A stretch of DNA of 64,000 nucleotides from the human T2T-CHM13v2.0 reference genome, Homo sapiens (GCF_009914755.1 NC_060936.1); one strand, 5' to 3'; positions 29,126-62,686 are shown, counted from the first letter of the stretch. The notes: a model not told the origin generated them from the sequence alone. Made by a program: numbers and translations.

Positions 29126-29876
29126 TACAAAATTAGAAAATTCCGTGGACCCAAATGTTAGGGTTGGCTGGACTTGGCTGGACCCTAAGTTACCAGCCCC
29201 TCTGCAGGGGCCCTCCCTAACCCTGCAAATCTGGGAAATACAAATTGGAATAATTGCTCAAGAGCATTCCCTGGGCAAGATGGATGAAAGTGGTTGGCAT
29301 GCTCTGTAGCATACTGGGACAAGGGAACTGAAAACAGATGCATTTCCTACAACTGCAACTCCCCCATAGCCATCCTACCAGTGCCTCCATCCCCCCAGTT
29401 TAAAAGGAAAACCACTAGGCAGAAAGAAGGCAATGCCCACTGCGGCACATCCCCATCCAGGAAGCTATCAGAGGATGGAGCATGTTTGAAACAAAAAAAA
29501 AGAAAACTTCGAAGAAACTTACACAGGAATACACAAACTAGCATTTGGGACTCCTGATTCAGAGGAACAGAAGAGAGCTCAGGTGGCTTTTTTGGGGTTA
29601 TTTATTGACTGCATGCAGGTCTGAAGAGTCTGCTCTTGGGCACTGTTCAGGCAGAGACAGAAGGCTGGATCAGAACATCCCACACTTTTTCTTCCAGCAA
29701 CAGAGCTCCGGCCTCACCTGCTCTCCCAAGCTCCAGGAAAGGCAATACCTGTGCCTCCCAACACAATTCCCACTCTCCCGATACACCTTGACATTGATCT
29801 TATTTCATCTCTGAGGATCACATTTCCAGATGACAGGTGCACACAGACATGCATCCTAGGGTAGCAAACAGCATGT

Positions 29877-29894
29877 TCTCTCTCTCTCTCTCTC

Positions 29895-29936
<42 letters not shown>

Positions 29937-29992
29937 TCTCTCTCTTTCTCTCTCTCCCTCCCTCTCTTTCTCCCTCCCTCTCTCTCTCTCTT
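29877..29992 (+). repeat. Compound (CT)n-(CA)n-(CT/CCCT)n microsatellite
   Basis: Directly visible. Confidence 0.95.
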
Positions 29993-31354
29993 CTTTCAAA
30001 GGGATGACCTCCTGCATGTTGACATCCAGCCAAATTTAAAAATCACGGAAAAAAAAGAAATACCCAAAGCGAATCCGAGAAAAGCACCCATCCAGGCTAC
30101 AACAGGGGCAGGAGGGCCACAAGATTCACTACGGACTGACGAGTTCAGGCCTTGGGAACTCATGTGCCAGGACCAAGATGAACGTCTCAGTACTGCTCAT
30201 GCCCACTCCACCACAGAGGGAACCCCTGTTCTCTCAGCCCCACTGCCCCCACCCTCGGCGGATGCCAGCTAATGGAAGTTCCCAAATTTAATCAACCCAT
30301 GCGTATAGCTGGGTTGGTTTGGGAGAAGGAAGTGAGCTGAACCCTTCAAACATTTTGAACAATGCAGATGTCCAGTGATCTCGTGGACACCAGGCATTTG
30401 GCATTTCCTAAGCCTCTTTAAACCTTCCTCCTTTGACCAAATGGCCTTCAGAAAAAAATAATTTCTGCCATCTTCTTTCTGAGTAACTTTGCAACCACCC
30501 TTCATCCCATCCCACTCCCCCAAAAAACTGTTTCAAACTCCCCCTCAAGTTCTGCCGGAGAGAATGTCACAAGAAGCCAAAGATAACTCCTCCTCCCCGA
30601 CCCCTTTCCTCTTTCCTCACAGTCCCACTGAGATTCAGGAGTATTCTCCCACACCACCTATGTGTGCTGATTGAGGCATATTTTTTTTTTCCTTTTGTAC
30701 GTTTTAGGCCTGCAACAGCTCACTGCATCAAAACGATTGGATTGGAAATGGGTAGTTCCATAGGAATTTTTTTTTTCATGCATCTTGCCTCCTGACATGT
30801 ATATCACTGATTTAAAACAAAAAATCTAAGGAGCAAAAGGAGGGAGGGGAAGAAGGCCAAGAGAAGAAGAGGTCTACACTGACAGGCGGCCCCATTCTGT
30901 GAGCAAAAACCACCTTTTGACCACCTGCAGAATGCGCAAGGTCACGTGGGTTCTCTGCAGCTCCTTAATGTATTACCCGGCACACAAGCCCCCGTGGCAT
31001 ATAAACAAATCCACAAGCGGAAAAAAGAGAGAACTCCCTCCTCAGCGAGGAAGCGAATGACAACGGTAACAGCCGCAACAATAATAATAAATAAAGAATA
31101 ACAATTACTACTACTACTACCACCACCCAGCCAAGCGCAGACGACAGCAGCACAGTAAAAGGATATCCAATGCAGGCTTTGCAAGGAGAGAAATCACAGA
31201 AAAGCAAACCGTGCCCACCTTGCTTGCCCACACCACCACCCCCAGCCCCCAATAAACAGAATCAGAGGGAAAGGGGACCGTGGGGAGAAAGGAGGGGGAA
31301 AGAAGGATTGCTTTTTTTTTTTTTTTTTTTTTTTTTCCCGTAGGCAACACCTAC

Positions 31355-31534
31355 CTCCAGGGTCCGGATTTCTTTTTGTGTGAGGTCGTTGGAGGTAGCA
31401 CATTTGGTCCTAAGCCCTTCCAGGTTGGAGATGCTCAAGTCTATCATGTTTTGGACCAGTTCGCACTGCTGTAAGGCTTTTTGCAAACTCAGAGGCTGCT
31501 GCTCCTCGCTTTTCGTCATGTTTTCCTCATCCAT
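31355..31534 (-). CDS. KSR2: KSR2 first coding exon (aa 1-60, N-terminal coiled-coil part of the CC-SAM/CA1 region); gene continues beyond the left edge of the window
   Basis: Translates to [60 protein letters not shown], recognised as the human KSR2 N-terminus. Strong Kozak context (GCG-ATG-G). Exactly 180 nt, followed by a canonical phase-0 donor GAG|GTAGGT. Lies next to a CpG island. Confidence 0.96.
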
Positions 31535-31858
31535 CGCTTGCTCTGCAACCCCCTTCCCCTCCTCCTCCTCCCAGAGAGAAAAAAGGGGGGGGGGGAGTAG
31601 AGGTAGTCTACCCTCCGCCTCTCCAACCACTGCGACTTCTCAACAATGTCTCATGAAGAAGAAATCCAACATCTCACACAGGGTTGAGGGGGTGGGAGTG
31701 GGAGGAGGGGACAAGAGCCAAAATTTATTATTTTATTTTGGGATATCAAGCGGACTCCATTAGAATGTCTCCTCTCTCTCTGAGTCTCTGGTCCCTGAAA
31801 AGGAGAGATGCTGTTTCTCAGAAGCAAACCAGGTGATGTGATGCTGTCTGTACACTTA

Positions 31859-31951
31859 GGGAGGAGGAGGAGGAGGAAAAAGAAGAGGAGAAGGAGGAGA
31901 GAGAGGAGGAGGGAGAGGAGGAGGAGGGAGAGGAGGAGGAGGAGAAGGAAA
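31859..31951 (+). repeat. Pure polypurine (GGA/GA-rich) tract
   Basis: About 90 nt containing only G and A on the + strand. Confidence 0.95.
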
Positions 31952-32049
31952 ATAGCGCTCACTCTTTACACACCGGCTCCTTGAAGGACAAAATTATATA
32001 TTTTTGGCTGGCTTGCTTTTATGTCAAAAAAAATCTGGTTTTCCCCCCT

Positions 32050-32830
32050 CCCCGTTGCAGGGACACGGCATGGTCCACGGTTTGGAGTGCTTTAGCGCGT
32101 TCTCAAGGTGCTGTCTGCATTGCTCCCGCGGCTGCGGCGGCTACTGCGGCTGGCTGCTGTCTCCTCCCCGCGCTGCTGCTGCTGCTGCTGCTGCCGCCGC
32201 CGGGCTCCGGGGGTGACGGTTGCTGCAATCGCTCCTGCCTCGCTCCACACCGACATCTTGCCTGTCAATCAAAGGGCGGGGGGGAGCGAGGGAGCGCCGG
32301 AGAGGGATGGAGACCAAGCGAGGGACCTGCAGGGGAGCGGGTTGGTGGAGAGGCGCCGTGCGCGCAGCCGCCCCAGCCGGGCCCCGGCCCCGGCGCGCCA
32401 GGGACCCGTCGGAGGAGGCGGAGGAGGAGCGCGCAGACTCGCGCACCTGGCCGGGGGGCGGGATTTCTAGGGGCTGCGGAGCTCGCGTGGCAAAGTGAAA
32501 TTACTACCGGGAGTGCGTGCGAGCGAGCAAGCGAGCGATCGGCGGGCGGGGGCGCGGAGACAGCGCGCGCATCGGGCCCAGCCTGCTCCCGGGGGCGGCG
32601 GGGGAGGCCGGGAGTGTGCCCGAGCCTGGAGGCTGGGCGAGGGGGCGGGGAGAGGGATTTGGTGGCGGGGAGGGGGTGGGGGCCACTACTCCTGCACCGC
32701 TCTCGCGAGACCGGGCCGGAGTGCTGCTCAGCAGGTGCGCTCCGGCTGGGAGCAGGTGTGCGCCCAACTTTAAAACCCTCGGTGCGCGCCGGAGAGGCGT
32801 CGGCGTGAACCTGGGCACATCCCGTCTGTC
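32050..32830. promoter_or_regulatory. CpG island / KSR2 promoter with GC boxes and G-rich tracts
   Basis: Very high GC and CpG density against a CpG-depleted background. GGGCGG motifs near 32274 and 32544. Many GGG runs on the + strand. Directly upstream of the coding exon. Confidence 0.9.
32173..32202 (-). repeat. (CGG)3(CAG)7 trinucleotide repeat in the KSR2 leader
   Basis: + strand reads (CTG)7 at 32173-32193 followed by (CCG)3 at 32194-32202. Confidence 0.95.
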
Positions 32831-32844
32831 TTTAGCTCGGGGGT

Positions 32845-32910
32845 GGTGTGTGTGTGTGTGTGTTTGCCTTTTTTGTTCGTTTGTCCTTTGGGTGTGTGTT
32901 TGTGTGTGTG
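32845..32910 (+). repeat. (GT)n-rich repeats at the upstream edge of the CpG island
   Basis: Directly visible. Confidence 0.9.
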
Positions 32911-33099
32911 CCTTTTTTGTTCGTTTGTCCTTTCTTGTTACTGGGGAAAAAATAAAGCGAACCTGATGATCTTCCGTGAATTTCAGGAAGCTGCCTCCTA
33001 GACTTGGTAGCCTGGCCCGCCCTGATGGCTTTCCATTTGGCGAGGAAAAGGGCCTTTGCCTTATTCTGAGTATTCCCATGTCCTACAAGTGTCTGTGTG

Positions 33100-33572
33100 G
33101 CCTGACCCCAGCATACCTAACTGACGTTATATCAGCAAACGATGGCTCCACAGTTAAGATGGTTTTTACCTTTTGAAATTTTTGGAAGCCTGGTGAGGTG
33201 GCTCATGCCTGTAATCCCCAGAACTTTGGGAGGCAGTCAGGAGGCTCGCTTGAGGCCAGGAGTTTGGGACCAACCTGGGCAACAACATAGCAAGACCCTG
33301 TCGCTACTAAAAATTCAAAAATTAAAAATGTAAATAAAATGGTTGGAAAAAAATGAAAATAACATTTTGTGACACGTGAAAGTTATGTGAAATTCACATC
33401 TCAGTGTCCACAAGTAAAGTTTTATTGGAGTACCACCACCCATCTGTTTATTGTCTGTGGTTACTCCTGCGTTGTAAAGCAGAGTTGAGTAGCTGCAGCT
33501 GAGACCGGTGGTTCACAACACCTGAAAGATTTACTGTCTGGCACTTTACAGAAAAGTTTGCTGACTCTTGAT
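33100..33572 (+). mobile_element. MER58-like fragment with an Alu left monomer (~33190-33330)
   Basis: cagtgtccacaagtaaagttttattgga...tttacagaaaagtttgctgac. Confidence 0.8.
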
Positions 33573-33907
33573 TAAATCTTTGTACTCTATGTCCACAGTG
33601 CTCAGAACATGCTTCACCCTAATCCTCTCCTGGTGGGTTTCTTCTTGTCACTGTTAACTCAAATATCATCTCAGAGAGGCCTCATCTCCCTAACCACCTT
33701 ATCTAATAGTATTCCCAACACACATTGCCCAACAGATGTATTTAGAATGATTAGCAAAAGGCACCTCTTTCTTTAGGTGAACAGAGCCCTGTGCTGAGGA
33801 CTGAGTAAGACGTGATACTCAGAACACATGGTATAATATGTCACTCTTAAATGAAGCCACTTGAAAAGCAGAGCGAACAGGAGCCAGTGGTGGCCACGTT
33901 GAATGAC

Positions 33908-34060
33908 AACCTTTATTTTTAAGTTCTGGGGTAAATGTGCAGGATGTGCAGGCTTGTTACATAGGTAAACGTGTGCCATGATGGTTTGCTGCACCTATCA
34001 ACCCATCACCTAGGTATTAAGCCCAGCATGCATTAGCTATTTTTCCTGATGCTCTCCCTC
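33908..34060 (-). mobile_element. L1PA (older) 3' end
   Basis: gtgcaggcttgttacataggtaaacgtgtgccatg is the reverse complement of an L1PA 3' UTR. Confidence 0.88.
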
Positions 34061-34094
34061 AACACACTTTTTTTTTTTTTTAAGACTGCCAGCT

Positions 34095-35500
34095 GACCCG
34101 GTGTGGTGGCTCCCACCTGTAATCCCAGCAATTTGGGAGGCTGAAGTGGGTGAATAGCCTGAGCTCAGGAGTTTGAGACTGCCTGGCCAACATGGTGAAA
34201 CCCTGTCCCTACTAAAAATACAAATAATTAGCCTGGCATGGTGGCAGGCGCCTGTAATTCCAGCTACTCCCAGGCAGGAAAATCGCTTGAACCCAGGAGG
34301 CGGAGGTTGCAGTGAGCTGAGATTGTGCCATTGCACTCCAGCCTGAGCAACAAGAGCAAAACTCTGTCTCAAAAAAAAAAAAAAAAAAAAAAAAAAAAAC
34401 ACAAAGAAAGAAAAACAATACTGTAAGCCATGGGATTTATAGCTATACAGAACTGAGTCAGTATTTTCAACATCTGTCAATGAGCAGGTGAAGTAAGTTC
34501 TCTATGTTCTCAATCTTTTGGACGATGAAGTTTATGAAATCCGATTCTCTGGTAAAATTATCTCTTTTCATCTATTTTCTCCATCTTTTCATTTTTCTTA
34601 AACATGTTAATTATGGTTATTTTAAAGCATTTGTCTAACTCCAAAAGCTTGATCACCTGTGGGTCTCTTTCTATTGACTATTTTTCCCTTTATTTTCAGT
34701 GATATGGTCCTGTCTCTTGGCAGGCCTTGTAATTCTTATTGAATGTCAGACGTTGAAAAAATGTACAGTCTCCAGGTGATAATATCTAACTCTGGAGAGG
34801 ACGCACCCTTTCTCTGCAAGACAAATGGCATACAGATCAATTATCTTAATCCAATCAGGGGCTGAGCTGGGTGGAGACCAGGTTATAGTTTTGATAAGAC
34901 ACCACTTCACTCTGTTCCCTACCTCTAATGCTGTGCCTTTCCAGGGTTCCAGCTAGGAACCTTGGGTGTTCACTAAGGCCCCTCTCTCTGGTCCTGAGCT
35001 CTAACCCTTATCTCCACAGCATGGCGAGACTGGGAACGGCTCTGTTTTTGAGGGACCTTCTGCTTGGCTTCTTTGCTTCTTGCCCTGCACTATTTCAAAC
35101 TTTGCCAAATACCTCGAGGGGAAACCACCATCTATCAGGCTCACTTTTCTGCCCCTGTCTTCTCCCTGGGATAATGGCCTCTCAAGTCCCCAGTTTTGTC
35201 TTTCTAGCCCCATGAGGTTGCTAAAAGTTTTGTCAGTTTCTCTGTTCCCCCAAAGCAGCCTTCATGCCTGGGAAGAGTCTAGAACCTCGGCCTCTTTCCC
35301 TGTGCCCAAATGTGCAAATATCCCCAGGGAAAAATTGGCTGCAGAACATCAGCTCACCTCACCACGGTGTTCCTGTCTCCAGAATCTTGGCCCCTTTAGT
35401 CCTGGTTATTTCAGCAGTTCTCTGAATGTCTTTTAACAGATGGTGACGATGATGATGATTTAATCTTGTTTTTCTAGTTGTTCTCAGAAGAAGTGGAAGT
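34095..35500. mobile_element. + Alu (34095-34410) followed by an ancient minus-strand L1M 5'/ORF1-like remnant
   Basis: The Alu is clear; the L1 remnant is degenerate. Confidence 0.6.
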
Positions 35501-35579
35501 TTAAACAATGAAAGTAGCCCATGGGTCAGATGTCATCAATGGGCAGGGCTGTAAGCAGCACACAAATGCATACTCTTCC

Positions 35580-36728
<1,149 letters not shown>

Positions 36729-36764
36729 TCTTGACAGTAGTTCCAAAATTAAGAGATGCTACCC

Positions 36765-36960
36765 CAAAAATGCAGATCTCTGGCCTTTCTGGAAAAATGG
36801 GAAGATCCGGCTACATTGGGCAATAATTGGTTGGAAGAGAGGTAACTGTCCTTTCAGATGGGGGCACAGACCCTCCACTACAGTGCCACTCAGTTCTCTA
36901 CATTCATTATTTATATCTCCTCCCTGGCTCCTGTAGGCATTTGAGTTTGATGCCTCTGGT
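36765..36960 (+). mobile_element. MER102-like hAT fragment
   Basis: gaaaaatgggaagatccggctacattggg...gtaggcatttgagtttg. Confidence 0.7.
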
Positions 36961-37342
36961 GTAGGGTTTTGCACCTCAAACTAATAAGAATGTCATCAAT
37001 TTCAAAGAACGGGAGCTGACAGATGATAATTTTGTTGTTGATGATGATGTTGTTATTGTTGATGTACTTGACTTTAGAAACTGCATACTACCTCTGAAGG
37101 CCACATGTGTCAGAGTGGCTTTATTAATAGCGGGAATAAATTATTGTTACTGGGCTACTGAATGAGCTGGATTTGGCAGGAGGAGAGACACGTGGGAATC
37201 AAGAACTGGCTTTCTTTTCCTTCTTCCACTGCTTGTCAACCCTAAGATCCACTGTCAGGGCTCTCTCCTATGCCCGGGGCAATATCTCAGTAAATCTCTT
37301 AGCTTTTCAGTTAGTTTCAACTAAGAGTCTCATCAGACATTA

Positions 37343-39495
<2,153 letters not shown>

Positions 39496-40224
39496 ACCTT
39501 TGATGAGGGCAGGCAGAAAGTTCCTATCTTTAACCTTGTAAGGTTTTTCTAACATCAGAAAACTGCTTTTTCACTCCAGCCTGGGCAACATAGTGAGATC
39601 CCATCTCCAGAAAAGAAATTACTATTGATGAGGATAGGCAAAATGTTCCTATCTTGAACTTGGTAAGGTTTTTCTTTACAATATCGGAAAACTTATTTTT
39701 CTAGAATTCTTCTCCTTTTGGCTTTTTGCCTCATTGTCTCTTTATTTCCATTGTGAGCAAGGCAACCAGATCACTCTCTTGATGGTGAGATAATTTGAGC
39801 TCACAGTAATGGACAATTTAGTCCAGTGATTTATGCTAGCTTTACAAATTAAGCACTCAACGATGCACTGTGAATTTTCACATATAGCACCCTAAGGATG
39901 GGAGAGGATGTGTACTGTGGTACTCTCCAAGTACTTAAAGATGTACAGCAAAGAAATATCATTGAAAATTGCAGTAAAGTAATGCCATCGACACAACTCA
40001 CTCACTTCTTACGCCATCTTGTCTGTGAAGTTCAAGATCAGCATTAGCCTGAAGGGAGTCTTTGTATGAATCAGAAAAAGGCATCCACTTTGCAAAAGTA
40101 CCAGAGGTCTGAACCCAGGGGGCAGAGCCCAATCTAGATTTCAGATTTGCACCCCAATCTGGGCGCCCTGTGCGGGCACAAGTTGTGTGGCATCCATCTG
40201 AGACAGCCCTGATGAAATTCCTGA

Positions 40225-41591
<1,367 letters not shown>

Positions 41592-41669
41592 TTATACATT
41601 TCTTGAGTGGCTACAATGTGCCGGATATGATGCAGTATGTGTGAGATTAAAATATTAATAAAGTGTATG

Positions 41670-43055
<1,386 letters not shown>

Positions 43056-43204
43056 TTGTCACAATTATTTTTAAAGTTGAAACTGAAATACTAATCTATC
43101 AGATTCTATCTTAAGAAGGATTATGTTGGTGAATCACATGTGGCAGTCTCATACCTTGACTCTGAACTGGGATATTTCACTGATTAGCTTAAGCCAAGAC
43201 ACTA

Positions 43205-43318
43205 CAGGGTGACCAGTCATCCTGGTTTACCTGGGACTAAGGGGGTTTCTAAGATGTGGGACCTCCAATGCTAAAGCTGGGACAGATGAAGGCAAACTGG
43301 GACAACTTCTCCATCCTA
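43205..43318. mobile_element. MER81-like hAT-Blackjack MITE
   Basis: cagggtgaccagtcatcctggtttacctgggact...aaactgggacaacttctccatccta, with degenerate TIRs. Confidence 0.8.
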
Positions 43319-43419
43319 GAGATAAGTCCCCAGTTCACGAGCACCTAGAGTGTGCATGGAATTGGGATCGGTGCTACCAGAGCACACACTGTTATGTATG
43401 AAGGATCCCAGCATGCAAA

Positions 43420-47341
<3,922 letters not shown>

Positions 47342-48379
47342 GGTCACCCCTTCTTAAAGTGCAACCTTGACACAATGGCTGATACCCTGGACATGCATCG
47401 TCCACGTGCTCCTGCCTGTGAGCTCTCTCCCAGCACACCGGAGCTCTTCCATGGTACATGATAACAACTGCTGGAAGAAAAAGCAAAACCCGTGCCATAG
47501 GCTGGACATATTCAAGGTATGCTTTCTACTCTAATACAGACCTTTCCTGCAGCCAGCTGTGCCCTAGTCAGAGAGGAAGCCTGCATCTGCCCTGCAGCTC
47601 CCATGTGGGTTGTCTGCCTGGTCGGTGAAAGCAGAAAGTGCCTCCTCTTTGTACCTCATCACAGCTGTCTGCATCTCGCCTTGTGGCACAGTGTTGACTC
47701 GGCTTCCAGCACCCATCTGTGACTTGGCAAAAAGAAAAAGAAAAAAGAAATGCATGTAGTGTGAGGACAAAAGAGCCCATAGAGTCCCAGATGAGCTCAA
47801 ATCATCCCAAATTTGATTGCCTTCTGAAAGGTACAGACCCAGGGTTTATTAAGAACTCTCCCCATACTCCAGTCTGACAAAATGAACCGAAGGTCCTTTA
47901 CAAGGATCTTCTGCAAGTTTTCAATTTTCCTTTTCTCTGGAAAAAAAATGGGGGGAGGAACTGAGAAATGCTGAGCTAAGCAGGTCACAGATTTTCCTGT
48001 TTTGTGCTTTTCTGCACAGAATCAGAAATCAGTTACCAGGTTAGTTTTCTTGGTAAATGGAGAACACTTTTTATTTTCATCATAGGAAATACACATGTTG
48101 GCTTTTCTTTTTTCAAGACAGACCTAGCCCATGATTTGCATTGAACTAGAAAGTTTATAGTCCTCAATCCTGGGATGTCACTGATTCATTAATTCATCCA
48201 ATTCAAATATTGATAAATTTCTGATTGCACATAGTCTGATTGTCAATGATAGGATTGAAATCAGACTGACAGGCTAGAAGGACAAGAAGTTGCAGAATTG
48301 GAGGGGGTGATGAACTTTCATCATCACAAATAGAGGTGGGGATCCAGGAGAGGAAGTTGAGCATTGCAGGTAGGAATAT

Positions 48380-49940
<1,561 letters not shown>

Positions 49941-50739
49941 AAACTCAGCAAGGGCTAGAGAGGTATTACAGGCTCACTAACACCACATGGAGACTTTCTC
50001 CTTGATGAAATGATTGGAAGGGAATTAAAAGGGGAATCACCTCCCCCTTGGGTGATTCAATGTCATTTAATGTTGGGTCTAAGCACCACCTAAAATCATT
50101 TCCTAGTGAGTCACAGCTAAAGCTTTGTGGAGAACTTCAATGAAGTCTTTGAAAGTTTACTGACTCTGCATTTGCAAAAAAAAAAAAAAAAAAAAGAACA
50201 AAACTAAAAATGACCCCAGGCGACTGGAGACACCACTGGTAGTCATGGTTCATGTAGTCCATAATTCTGTTGCCATGAAAATTTAGAACTTCTCTCAGAT
50301 GTCATTCTCAAAGGGTGAGCGCATCAAAAGGATTTGGGTTAGGATCTGACCACCCACTTACTCACTGTGAACTTAAGCAAGTCTCCAGAAACCTTAGTTT
50401 TTTCACAGCTATAAAATAAGCTGATGCTTGTTTAAGCCAAGATGAAATAAAATGATGTATGAAAAGCCCTACCACAGTGGAGGACACATAGTTAATGTTC
50501 AACAAATGGCAGCTTTTAAAAATTACCAAGGCTTTATATTTTTAACCACTTTTACTAGTACTCTTTGTAAAGCACTGTTCTACTTCCTAAATGCAGTGTA
50601 ACTACTGGATGACTCACGGTTATCATTTTTGAATGCTTCCATAGTCACTTTCTTGTCATTTGGACATATTTCAAACAACTTCCCATATTCGCCCTCCTTC
50701 TTGGCCATCTTGAATATGCAGTGGGCTGAGAACCAAGCT

Positions 50740-54965
<4,226 letters not shown>

Positions 54966-55290
54966 AAAATTGATACTACACCAAAGAGTGTTACTTTTAA
55001 ACAGAACTTTGATGATCTGGGAATATTTTTCTTCTAATTGCAGGTTCAACACTATGTGCAATAAGAGAACAAACGATATTGGAAATCGGGTCTCAAAATA
55101 AGCAGAATGTTACTGGGTTTGTCTGTCTTTTTTCACTGTTTCTCCTATTCATCTTCATTTCCATAAAAATACAAACAGAATTCTGCTAATGTTTATTAAA
55201 CAGTTAATAATTTAAAAACTAGACACTGTGATAACTATGCTCTTCACAAAGCTGACAGATTACAAGGATTCAATAAGACAATACATATAA

Positions 55291-57670
<2,380 letters not shown>

Positions 57671-58715
57671 CCCATAAGTGCGACAATCTCTCCTATCCCA
57701 AATTTTCCCCTTGTCTATTGCCTACAGGATAGATTCAAATCTAAACTGCTTAGCCTAGCATACGAGGTTGTTCAGAATCTGGCCCAAAAAACCTTGCATT
57801 GTGACAATCTACACATACATCCAATGACCCACAGGCTCTCTTCACTCAACCTTATTGGTCTTTAGACTTTCAAGTGCATCAGCCTGTCTTGAATCTGGAT
57901 CTTCCAACACACTCTCCTCTTTGTCTGGATAACTTTCTCTACTCCCTCATCACCAGGCTAAATGCTACTCATTCTTCAAGTCTCCATTGAAATATCACTT
58001 CCCCAGGGTCTTCTTTGACTTTCCTTCACCCTTGTCCATGCATCTTCACACTTGTAATTAACTTACTCAATGTCTGTTTTGTCTGCAATTCTCCATGCAG
58101 ACAAAAGGAGGGTCTGTCTCCTTTACCCGCTATATCCCTAGCGCAATGTGTCACAGTGGGTGGCACATTGCAGATGTCAATAATTTTTTTGCTGAACCAG
58201 TGATGCTGAGTGACTCATTGGGAAATTTTACTGCTTCTAGATAATACCCAAGCACGTAGGTGCAGTCACATGTTGAATATTTGGTTCCAATGACAATGAT
58301 AAGAAAGACACCAATCACTTACCAAAATAAAAGTATTCTAGTTTCTTTCTCAAAAGTGCCTTATACATTTTAAGAGATGCAATTATTTTCTAATATTTAT
58401 TAATTTATTTATGGCTCTATCATTGTCAACCCATTTATTTTAAATGAGTCTTTTATAATCCAGTCATCTGAAGTAATTGAGATCCAATGTTTATTTCTAC
58501 TGCCTCTTGCTCATGGTGGAGTGTTCCCTTGTGTGCTTTGTAATTTCAAACATGTAGATCTCTATATGTGGGAATCCCACACATCTAGGCTGAAGCTTTG
58601 TCATTTCCAAGTTTGTGTTTAGTTAATTTCTTGGCTTGGGGTTTCCATAGCATAAATTTGAACTCCAAATCTGTGTGAGTATAGTCTTGTTTTCTCATTC
58701 TAAAATATTTAATTA

Positions 58716-59300
<585 letters not shown>

Positions 59301-59692
59301 ACAAAAAACAACAAATAAAGATTGTGCATACATATTCAAGGCATACAACATGATGATTTGATGTATGTATACGATATAAAATGATTGTCACAATCAAATT
59401 AATTAACACATCCCTCACCCGCCATAGTGCACATTAGATGCCCAGAACGTGCTCAATTTATAACTGAGAGTATAATCGTGACAAATGTAGAGGGGGAGTT
59501 TTTTCCACCTAGGACCCAGAATAAGACAGATAAGCTTCCTTGTCATTTCCCCACACTGGGTGGACAGATTTTTACGACCATTTTCCTTAAGGGTGTAACT
59601 CTTTGAGGGTCCTTATTTGGGTGGAGGTTGTAGTTCTAGTCCCACCAAAGCCTTGTCCCCTCCCTGTAGGAACTTTTAAAACTCAAACTCCA

Positions 59693-62686
<2,994 letters not shown>

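Larger units (their letters stand above)
31535..32280 (-). other. KSR2: Putative long KSR2 5' UTR / first-exon leader containing six upstream ATGs
   Basis: Continuous unique sequence between the ATG and the GC-box-rich core of the CpG island. The TSS cannot be fixed from sequence alone, so the upstream boundary is approximate. Confidence 0.6.

Noticed and set aside
31262-31630. 122-aa version of the KSR2 ORF from the track
   Set aside because: The 32-aa extension starts at a GTG upstream of a strong-context ATG. The poly-Lys tail is read-through past the splice donor into the A25 tract.
31651-31962. 103-aa ORF with a signal-peptide-like poly-Leu stretch
   Set aside because: Starts at GTG, and the Leu run is simply the translated CT-rich tract. 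No independent support, although Ribo-seq could revisit it.
31981-33079. Long ORFs across the CpG island (275 aa on +, 191 aa on -, and others)
   Set aside because: Several start at non-ATG codons. Low-complexity Ala/Gly/Arg/Pro composition, with overlapping ORFs in most frames, is what stop-poor GC-rich DNA produces. No recognisable domain.
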